From assembly GCA_003518045.1 (NCBI GenBank), contig DOZK01000021.1:8975-46943 (forward strand): a DNA stretch of 37,969 nt, written 5' to 3'. Both the position numbers and the translations under genes were made by a program. The notes beneath the pieces were generated by a model. The model did no database searches. It worked only from the letters and a program-made list of their open reading frames with translations, and was not told the origin of the DNA. The stretch comes from Candidatus Nomurabacteria bacterium (GTDB lineage: Bacteria; Patescibacteriota; Minisyncoccia; Phycocordibacterales; UBA5272). Each line of letters begins with the position of its first letter. The first letter of the stretch is position 1. Shown here in pieces: positions 8,566-16,261 of the stretch.

Positions 8566-10029
8566 TTAAAATTGAAAATAGATGAATGTCTGTGAACCAA
8601 AATATCCAAATAAAAGAATTCCACAAACAAGAAAATAATACCAACCATATCTTACAATTTTTGGAGTATTATCAAAAATATAAAATGTCTTATTTTTCTC
8701 CTGAAAGAACTGAACGATTTCCATAGTAAGTATTGAAAAAATGGAAACATACAAAACTATTTTCCCGGACTGTAAAGTTAATTGATTAAAAATATCTTGA
8801 ATGCTTAAATCAAAAATTGTTTTGTTAAAAATATTAGACAAAAAATACCAAGCCTTTCCAACTGTTTCTGATCTAAAGAAAATAAAACTGACACACATAC
8901 CAAAAAATACAATGATTGTTTGTATTATTTGATGCAGTTTTGGTAATTTGTCTAAATGAATAATTCTAACTATATTTTTACGAAGCTTCTCCGTTACTGA
9001 CTCAATTACTAAATACGCACCATTAATCGCACCAAAAACAACAAATGTCCAATTAGCCCCATGCCAAAGTCCAATAAGAACAAAAGTTATAAACAAACTA
9101 TAGAGAAGTTTTATTTTAGAAACTCTACCCCAACCAAGAGCTAGTGGATAATATAAATAATCTCGTAACCAATTTGAAAGTGACATATGCCATCTACGCC
9201 AAAATTCTGCAAAACTTCTTGAAGCATACGGACGATTAAAGTTTTCCGACAAATCATAGCCAAGCATCATTGCTGTCCCGAGTGCTATATCTGAATACCC
9301 TGAAAAATCACAATAAAGTTGATAAGCAAACATAATTGCAATAACAATCAAAAGTAAACTGTCTTGCGGTAGATTAGCATATAAAGGATTTATAATTTGT
9401 GCAAGCTGGTCAGCAATAACCATTTTTTTAAAAAATCCCCATAACATTCTCTCTAACCCTCGTCTTGCTAAAACAAAATTAAATTCGTGTGTTAAATTAA
9501 GCTGTGGCAAAAGATGTTGTGGACGCTCTATAGGACCAGCAACAAGTTGTGGGAAAAACATAACATAAAGAGCATAGGTAAGATAATTTTTCTCTGGCGT
9601 ATATTTCTTTTTATATACTTCTATAACATAACTCAAACTTTGGAATACGTGGAATGAAAGACCAAGTGGTAACGCAATAGTAAGTAATAGCGGTGTATAA
9701 TTCCAGTGTAAAAAATTTGCCAATAAAGAAATATTTTCATTAAAGAAATTAAAATATCTAAAAAAGATCAGAGTTCCTATATTTGCCACTATACTTATTC
9801 CAAGTAATAATTTTCTACTACCACCTTCCCTCTTTTCTATTTCTTTTGCTAAGAAAAAATCTACAGTTATAAGCCCAAAAAGAATTAAAATATATTTTGG
9901 AACAAAAGCCATATAAAACACACAGCTGGCTAGTAGCAAAAATATATTTCTATATTTGGATTTAATTACATAATATAAAACAAAAACTATTGGAAAGAAT
10001 ATTGCGAAGGAAAAGGAATTAAATAGCAT
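8566..10029 (-). CDS. MBOAT-family membrane O-acyltransferase (AlgI/DltB/PatA-like), copy 1
   Basis: 487-aa polytopic ORF; blocks FFPQLVAGPIERP, CDFSGYSDIA, FWRRWHMSLS, GLWHGANW (catalytic His). Confidence 0.9.
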   Translation of the reverse strand: MLFNSFSFAIFFPIVFVLYYVIKSKYRNIFLLLASCVFYMAFVPKYILILFGLITVDFFLAKEIEKREGGSRKLLLGISIVANIGTLIFFRYFNFFNENISLLANFLHWNYTPLLLTIALPLGLSFHVFQSLSYVIEVYKKKYTPEKNYLTYALYVMFFPQLVAGPIERPQHLLPQLNLTHEFNFVLARRGLERMLWGFFKKMVIADQLAQIINPLYANLPQDSLLLIVIAIMFAYQLYCDFSGYSDIALGTAMMLGYDLSENFNRPYASRSFAEFWRRWHMSLSNWLRDYLYYPLALGWGRVSKIKLLYSLFITFVLIGLWHGANWTFVVFGAINGAYLVIESVTEKLRKNIVRIIHLDKLPKLHQIIQTIIVFFGMCVSFIFFRSETVGKAWYFLSNIFNKTIFDLSIQDIFNQLTLQSGKIVLYVSIFSILTMEIVQFFQEKNKTFYIFDNTPKIVRYGWYYFLVCGILLFGYFGSQTFIYFQF

Positions 10030-10033
10030 ATAT

Positions 10034-10795
10034 TTAAATTATTTGGGTTTCTGGGGCAAGTAAAAAAGTTAGCTCGGAAACATTTATTGAGTCATCTCCA
10101 CATAGAAAGCTTATTTTGTTTGCGACTTCATTTGCATCAGTAAGTTTTTTTGTAGGACTACTATTTCTAACAATTTCAATAAAGGCACGCGGTGTAGAAC
10201 TATTCATTCCCCCTTCCATAACACCTGGAGCAATAGAATACACACGAACATTAGATGCTTTTAATTCTTCTTTTAAAGCAACTAACATTCCCTGTAACGC
10301 AAATTTAACAACACTATAAGCACCGCGTGCTTTCGTATTATTTTGCGTAACAACGTTTGCAGTAATAATTCCAATAATGACTCCTTGTTTATGTTCTTTA
10401 AGAATAGTTGCAGCTGACATTAAAAAATTAAAACTACCAAATACATTGACTTCAAATTGCTCTTGTAAATCTTTTAAACTAGAAAGATGTAATTGTTTTG
10501 GCTTTGGTATCACTCCGGCTGTATGAATACAAGCATATATATTACCCATCTCCTTTTCAATTAATTCCAATGTTTGTTTTACATTGTCAGCATCTTCAAG
10601 ATTACAAACATAAGCATGATGTCCTCCACCTTTTAGTGTTTCCATCATTTCCTCTACTTCTTCTTTAGATTTTTTATGATACAAAACTGCAACCGACATT
10701 CCATCTTCAGCTAATTTTTTTACCACTTCAAAACCAACATATCCTGTGCCACCGGAGATTACTGCTATTCTTTTTTGTATATTTGATGTATTCAT
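10034..10795 (-). CDS. Short-chain dehydrogenase/reductase (ketoreductase-like)
   Basis: GGTGYVG nucleotide-binding motif and YSVVKFAL (YxxxK); 253 aa. Confidence 0.8.
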   Translation of the reverse strand: MNTSNIQKRIAVISGGTGYVGFEVVKKLAEDGMSVAVLYHKKSKEEVEEMMETLKGGGHHAYVCNLEDADNVKQTLELIEKEMGNIYACIHTAGVIPKPKQLHLSSLKDLQEQFEVNVFGSFNFLMSAATILKEHKQGVIIGIITANVVTQNNTKARGAYSVVKFALQGMLVALKEELKASNVRVYSIAPGVMEGGMNSSTPRAFIEIVRNSSPTKKLTDANEVANKISFLCGDDSINVSELTFLLAPETQII

Positions 10796-10798
10796 ATT

Positions 10799-11215
10799 TT
10801 AAATAACCTGGACCTTAGCTTCACCTAAAACGACAACATCTTTTCCTTTTTTCATCACTATATTGATAGTAAGTATTTTTGTTGCTTCACTTTTAAAAAT
10901 AACAGTTCCGACAACTTCTATTTCATCTCCAATAAATACTGGATTCTTGAAAGACAAATTCTGACTAAGATAAAGACATCTTTTCCCTGGTATACACATA
11001 CCAACAAATCTTGAGCAAAGAGACCCGAGCAACATGCCATGTACTAATCTCTGTTTAAATTGTGTCCCCTCTGCATAAGAAATATCTGTGTGCAATGGAT
11101 TCATATCCCCACTTAATTCTGCAAACTTCATAACTTCATCTTCCATAAAAACACGATAAAAAGAAGCATTATCTCCAACTTTTATTTCATCAAAAGAAAG
11201 TTCTTTAGCGTTCAT
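10799..11215 (-). CDS. MaoC-like hot-dog dehydratase
   Basis: ATG at 11215, 1 nt after the ACP stop; MaoC signature FAELSGDMNPLHTD. Confidence 0.85.
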   Translation of the reverse strand: MNAKELSFDEIKVGDNASFYRVFMEDEVMKFAELSGDMNPLHTDISYAEGTQFKQRLVHGMLLGSLCSRFVGMCIPGKRCLYLSQNLSFKNPVFIGDEIEVVGTVIFKSEATKILTINIVMKKGKDVVVLGEAKVQVI

Positions 11216-11216
11216 T

Positions 11217-11441
11217 TTATTTTTTATTCTTTTCAACTAAAACACGTAAATCACCAAGTGTTTGAGCATTCATTACTTCGTCCATGCTAAAAGACATAGA
11301 AAATTCTTTTTCAAGTTCTGCAATAAAAAGTAAATAGTTCATAGAATCCCAGTTTGGAATATCTTTTGATGAAAGTTCATCTTTTATATTTTCTTCTTTT
11401 ACACCGAATAATTCTTCTACTATTTGATTAAATGTTTTCAT
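11217..11441 (-). CDS. Acyl/peptidyl carrier protein (dedicated ACP)
   Basis: ATG at 11441 overlaps the FkbH-like stop (ATGA); 74-aa acidic protein with phosphopantetheine-site motif NWDSMNYLLF (Ser33). Confidence 0.85.
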   Translation of the reverse strand: MKTFNQIVEELFGVKEENIKDELSSKDIPNWDSMNYLLFIAELEKEFSMSFSMDEVMNAQTLGDLRVLVEKNKK

Positions 11442-12478
11442 ATATTTATTTTCACCCACGCTGGAGACTCTTTACAATTATCAATTTCATATTTACCATC
11501 AGTAAAATGTTTTTTTATAAATTCTCTGGCTGGCAAATTTTTCTCAGTCTCCTCCTGTGCAATTGTAATTAAATTAACCCCCATATCTTTAGCTTGTTTA
11601 ACTATTGTAGCAAAAAATGCCTCCTCAACATCTTTACCAAATACCCGGCAACTCATAAGAAGTGATTTTATATGCCAAACCAACTCTTCCTTTTCAACAA
11701 GTGCAAATAATATAATTCCATAATCACCAAACTTATCTTGTAATCTTGCATGATAAACGTGATGATTTTCATTTTTTATATATTCACTAATTTCATCTTC
11801 CGATAATGGTTGCTTTAATGTATTAAACTGATTTGTTTTTCCTGTAAGTTGAGACAATCGTGGTATACAAGAATTATCATCTTTAAAAATAAAAAGTGAG
11901 AGGTCTAAACTTTTTAAAAAATCTTCTTTGGATTCGTATTGTTTTTCTTCTTCTTTTCGTAGACGTTCTGTTACATATAAATTTCCTCTCATTTTATCTT
12001 CATCTGTAATAACTAAAGATTCAAAATATGGAAGTGAGTTTAAAAATTGCGTATATTCTTTTGGGTCAACTGGCAACTCAGGAACTTCAACTTCTGGCAC
12101 AAGCGCACGTACCATGGCACGATTAGTTGGATCGTCATCTAAGAAGACCATCGAATCAAGACCGATATTTAATTCCTTAGCTAACTCTTTTATATTCTCT
12201 GCTTTGTCATTCCAATTTATACGATATGCGGCGAAATGCTTTTCCTTTAAAATCTGATTCGGATGATTACGAATTACATCCCAAACATCATTTTCATTAT
12301 TTCTACTATTTATGGCTAAAATAACACCTCTATCATAGTGGTCAAGAATTGCCTGCTGGAAGGCCATAAAACTGTTTCCAGGAGGTGTAAGCGATAGGGC
12401 AATCCCATCCTTACCATCTTCACCAATAACTCCACCCCAGAGCGTATTATCAAGATCTAGAACAAGACATTTTTTCAT
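11438..12478 (-). CDS. HAD-IIIC / FkbH-like protein (predicted glyceryl-ACP loading enzyme)
   Basis: ATG at 12478 preceded by GAAAGG; HAD motif I LVLDLDNTLWGG; C-terminal LMSCRVFGKDVE block containing the Cys conserved in FkbH-like proteins. Confidence 0.8.
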   Translation of the reverse strand: MKKCLVLDLDNTLWGGVIGEDGKDGIALSLTPPGNSFMAFQQAILDHYDRGVILAINSRNNENDVWDVIRNHPNQILKEKHFAAYRINWNDKAENIKELAKELNIGLDSMVFLDDDPTNRAMVRALVPEVEVPELPVDPKEYTQFLNSLPYFESLVITDEDKMRGNLYVTERLRKEEEKQYESKEDFLKSLDLSLFIFKDDNSCIPRLSQLTGKTNQFNTLKQPLSEDEISEYIKNENHHVYHARLQDKFGDYGIILFALVEKEELVWHIKSLLMSCRVFGKDVEEAFFATIVKQAKDMGVNLITIAQEETEKNLPAREFIKKHFTDGKYEIDNCKESPAWVKINI

Positions 12479-12506
12479 AATATTACCTTTCAAGATAACA
12501 CAAAAA

Positions 12507-12848
12507 CTACGCTACGGCAATTGCGGCGGCTACTGTATCTGTATGAGTTATTGATATATTTACAGATATTTTTTTACCTTTATGAAAGGCTACTGGTTCC
12601 CCATCTTTTCCATGTCTAATTTCAATTTCAGAAAATGGAAAAAGTTTAACTCCCAGGGCTTTACTTACTGCTTCTTTAGCCGAAAAAGTACCAGCCAAAT
12701 GTGGTGCTGGATTTTTAAAAGAAAAACAATATCCGAGTTCTTTTTCAAAAAAAACTTTTTTAAGAAATGGATCACTTATTTTTGAATTAAATTTCTCAAA
12801 ACGTGAGACATCCACAATATCTATGCCAACTCCTTTTAATTTATTCAT
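12507..12848 (-). CDS. acpS: Holo-ACP synthase (4'-phosphopantetheinyl transferase)
   Basis: 113 aa; GIDIVDVSRF and FSAKEAVSKA blocks typical of AcpS. Confidence 0.85.
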   Translation of the reverse strand: MNKLKGVGIDIVDVSRFEKFNSKISDPFLKKVFFEKELGYCFSFKNPAPHLAGTFSAKEAVSKALGVKLFPFSEIEIRHGKDGEPVAFHKGKKISVNISITHTDTVAAAIAVA

Positions 12849-12853
12849 ATAAA

Positions 12854-13951
12854 TTATTTTTTAATTAATGGACTAACTAATTTCATTGTTTCTTTTACAC
12901 CTTCAGCATTCCAATGTGTATCATCAGTATGATAAAGAGTTTTATTTTCTTTTATAGTTGCCTTAAAAAACTGATCTTGGGTATTTACGGCTTTTACCCC
13001 TTTTTCATTTAAAGCTTTTACAAGGTCTGGAATAAAATGTGGTTTTGTTTTACTTGGTAATGAATCCCAATAAATTGTTTCCTTATTCGGAACTGGTACA
13101 AAAATAAGTTGTATTCCTTTTTCTTTTAAAACTTTATCCACCTCAACTATTTTTGAAACTGTAAGGTTAAAATCTTGTTTAGAAACTTCTTTATTAGCTA
13201 TATCGCCTTGGAAAAATAACATTGGAGAATTATCAAACTTTATGACTGGTTTTGCTTCAAAAAAATACTGGGTATTCGCTCTAAAATAATGATACATATT
13301 CTGTTTCAGAAAACGATCAAGTAAAACAAAGACGTCCGTTAGTTTTTCAAGGTGAAAAGTATGGATTATTTTCTGTGCTATTTCATGTGAGAAAGAAATA
13401 AAATTGTATGTATATTTTGTAGAAAAATTACTTACATCAGTTAAGTCTCTTTCCATTTGAACAAGAACAATTGTTTTTGGTGAATGGACTGTCAGATAAT
13501 CGCTGTGAAGAAACTCTGTCATAAGAATACCTCCCATTCCATAAACGTCTTTACCTATTGATTTTGAAAGCACTTCTGCAGCTGTTTCTTTTTGATCAAG
13601 TCCTGAACCAACAGCAAGAGAATCTCCAACAAGGACAATATCGTATTGTTCATTTGGGGAAAGCCTCGTGCGATATCCGTCATTATTAGTTACCCATTCT
13701 ACATTTTTAATCACCTCATTTGGAGTATGAACACCTAAGTCTCCAGTTTCCACCATAGACATTTTCATGTTTGGATAAAATGGTCCAGGTAATAATATTC
13801 TACCCGCCCTATTATAAACATTTATTGACTCCCAAAATCTATGAGAAAAATAATTCACTGGTAAAGCTAGTTCTACGGCAGACATTATGAAAAAGGGAAT
13901 TAAAAATAAAAATGTTCTTATTATAAATTTTTTATATTCTAGGTTTTTCAT
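12854..13951 (-). CDS. Membrane-anchored SGNH O-acyltransferase-like protein (AlgJ/AlgX/DHHW type), partner of MBOAT-2
   Basis: N-terminal TM helix; block I VLVGDSLAVGSG; C-terminal YHTDDTHWN (DxxHW). Confidence 0.7.
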   Translation of the reverse strand: MKNLEYKKFIIRTFLFLIPFFIMSAVELALPVNYFSHRFWESINVYNRAGRILLPGPFYPNMKMSMVETGDLGVHTPNEVIKNVEWVTNNDGYRTRLSPNEQYDIVLVGDSLAVGSGLDQKETAAEVLSKSIGKDVYGMGGILMTEFLHSDYLTVHSPKTIVLVQMERDLTDVSNFSTKYTYNFISFSHEIAQKIIHTFHLEKLTDVFVLLDRFLKQNMYHYFRANTQYFFEAKPVIKFDNSPMLFFQGDIANKEVSKQDFNLTVSKIVEVDKVLKEKGIQLIFVPVPNKETIYWDSLPSKTKPHFIPDLVKALNEKGVKAVNTQDQFFKATIKENKTLYHTDDTHWNAEGVKETMKLVSPLIKK

Positions 13952-13954
13952 AAA

Positions 13955-15418
13955 TTAAAATTGAAAATAAATAAACTGTTGCCCTGCTTCAACAAATAAA
14001 AATCTTAGAATTACGACCATTAAAAAATAAATAGTCCACCTTACAAAGATATTTAGAGAAGATACTTTATCTTCAAATCCTTTATCGCGTAACCAATATT
14101 GTACACCCTCTAATATAAATATAGATAAAATCGCAAGAAAAACGTTATAAATATTAGAATTTAATTCTTTTGGTAAAGATTCCCAGAACGAAAACTTTGT
14201 TATATCAAAAATATTAACAAATGAACTTTTCAAAATAAAATAGGCATCAGTTAATGTTTTTGCACGGAAAAATACCCAACCAATACAAATTAATGTAAAA
14301 GTTACCACAACTTGTAAAATAGAATGAAACCCTGGAAACATATTAAGTTTAAAAAACTCCGATATGGAATTTCTTAAAGATACGGTTGCTCTTTCATACA
14401 TTAAAAAGATGGCTTGAAGAGCTCCCCAAATTACAAAAGTCCAATTTGCTCCATGCCAAAGTCCGCTTAACAAAAAAACAATAAAAATATTTCTATAAAT
14501 TTTCCAATTAGATGTCTGACTCCCACCTAATGGGAAATAAACATAATCTCTAAACCAACTAGAAAGTGAAATATGCCACCTTCTCCAGAACTCTGTTATG
14601 GAGTGTGATGAATATGGCCTATCAAAATTATTCATAAGATTAAATCCAAGAACTTGTGCGCCTCCGCGTGCAATATCTGTGTATCCAGAGAAATCACAAT
14701 ATATTTGATAGGCAAAAAATATAGTAGCAATAATAAAGATCGGGCCTGAATAATTATTAGTATTATCAAATATCTGATTAACCATAACAGCTAAGCGGTC
14801 TGCTATAACTATCTTTTTTATAAACCCCCAAGCCATTAATTTTAATCCCTTTGTTACACGCTCATAATTAAAATAATGATGCTCATAAAATTGATGAATC
14901 AAATTTTGTGGTCTTTCAATTGGACCAGCTACTAATTGCGGGAAAAACATAACATAAAGAGCGTAAATACCAATATGCCTTTCGGCTTTTTGATTTCTAC
15001 GATAAACCTCAATCGTATAACTCATTGCTTGAAATGTGTGGAAAGAAAGTCCTACAGGTAAAAGAATGTGCAGAAATTCCAATGAATAATTCCAATGAAT
15101 AAAAGTTGCTATTTCATTTATATTTTCCGCGAAAAAATTAAAATATTTAAAGAACGCCAATATGCCAACATTAGCAATAATACTAATGATTAAAAAAAGT
15201 TTACGTTTTTTACCTTCGGACTTTTCTATTAAAATACCAGCAAAATAATCAATAAAAATTGTAAAGGCTAATATTAAAATATATTTTGGAACAAAAGCCA
15301 TATAAAAAATACAGCTTGCTATTAATAGCATTAACCATCTAAATTTTTGCGGCAATAAATAATACAAAGCAACAACAATTGGAAAGAAAATTATAAATTG
15401 TTTTGAATTAAAAATCAT
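13955..15418 (-). CDS. MBOAT-family membrane O-acyltransferase, copy 2 (paralog of 8566..10029)
   Basis: 487 aa, same blocks as copy 1 (FFPQLVAGPIERP, CDFSGYTDIA, FWRRWHISLS, GLWHGANW); both end in FIYFQF; about 60% identical to copy 1 over the first 60 residues by eye. Confidence 0.9.
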   Translation of the reverse strand: MIFNSKQFIIFFPIVVALYYLLPQKFRWLMLLIASCIFYMAFVPKYILILAFTIFIDYFAGILIEKSEGKKRKLFLIISIIANVGILAFFKYFNFFAENINEIATFIHWNYSLEFLHILLPVGLSFHTFQAMSYTIEVYRRNQKAERHIGIYALYVMFFPQLVAGPIERPQNLIHQFYEHHYFNYERVTKGLKLMAWGFIKKIVIADRLAVMVNQIFDNTNNYSGPIFIIATIFFAYQIYCDFSGYTDIARGGAQVLGFNLMNNFDRPYSSHSITEFWRRWHISLSSWFRDYVYFPLGGSQTSNWKIYRNIFIVFLLSGLWHGANWTFVIWGALQAIFLMYERATVSLRNSISEFFKLNMFPGFHSILQVVVTFTLICIGWVFFRAKTLTDAYFILKSSFVNIFDITKFSFWESLPKELNSNIYNVFLAILSIFILEGVQYWLRDKGFEDKVSSLNIFVRWTIYFLMVVILRFLFVEAGQQFIYFQF

Positions 15419-15430
15419 TTTTATACTTTA

Positions 15431-16252
15431 TTACTTTCTTTCAAGAATCATCCACTCCTGTTCTTGCCACCCTCTTTCACGGCGCAACTCATATAAATCT
15501 TTTTCATTTTTAATTTCAGCAAAAAACGGGAAATTCTTAGGGTTGGCTAATTCAAATGGAATAATTTTTATATTGTGTGTATCCTTAAAACGATTAGCCA
15601 AAATTTCTTTTGCGTTTGGTCGAATAAAATCGTGAAGCTCTATTATGGCTGTTTTTACTTTTTTAAATTCTGAAAAATTTTCTGGATCTAAAATATCCAC
15701 CTCCCCTCCTTCACAATCACACATAAGCAAAGTGTTATCAGTAATTAAAGGAGAAACATTTTTTGAAGTTGCTTCTTCAAATAAAGACAATTTATTAGTT
15801 AAATTGTTTTTCTCATACATTTCTTTACTAAGATTTCTACCAATTTCTTCTAAGTCAAACCCGATTAAATGTAAGTCCGGAAACATTTTCCCAAAACCAA
15901 TTAAGTAATATCCTTCAGCAGAACCAATATCCAAAAAAGTATCAAAGTTTTTATCTTTTAAAGTCTTTATATACGGATGTAGAATTGCCTCATATGAACC
16001 AATAAGTTTGTGTAGATAAGAACTTCCAACAGCTTTATCAACATATTTCATCCCCTCAAATGGCCCCGCTTGTACTACTTTTGGAAACTTTGATAAAAAT
16101 ATGGCTTCATATTTTGCAAGTATATTATTGTCCCCGACAAAACGAGCAAAAAGATTAACCCATACTGATTTAACAAAATTAAAAAGTCTTGCTGGAAGAA
16201 TTTTCTTAATAAAGAATTTTACCCTTACACGAATTGGAAGATATTGTTTCAT
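15431..16252 (-). CDS. Class I SAM-dependent methyltransferase (subfamily uncertain)
   Basis: 273 aa; SAM motif I FLDIGSAEGYY followed by an acidic GFDLE block. Confidence 0.6.
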   Translation of the reverse strand: MKQYLPIRVRVKFFIKKILPARLFNFVKSVWVNLFARFVGDNNILAKYEAIFLSKFPKVVQAGPFEGMKYVDKAVGSSYLHKLIGSYEAILHPYIKTLKDKNFDTFLDIGSAEGYYLIGFGKMFPDLHLIGFDLEEIGRNLSKEMYEKNNLTNKLSLFEEATSKNVSPLITDNTLLMCDCEGGEVDILDPENFSEFKKVKTAIIELHDFIRPNAKEILANRFKDTHNIKIIPFELANPKNFPFFAEIKNEKDLYELRRERGWQEQEWMILERK

Positions 16253-16261
16253 ATAATATTG

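Noticed and set aside
8561-8644. N-terminal extensions of several ORFs from non-ATG starts (also 30087..30179, 28277..28345, 11442..11459, 11216..11236, 12479..12493)
   Set aside because: The extensions begin at TTG/GTG codons and would overlap the upstream gene or run through repeats. In each case an ATG lies within a few nt of the upstream stop and gives a sensible N-terminus (TM helix, signal peptide or conserved motif).
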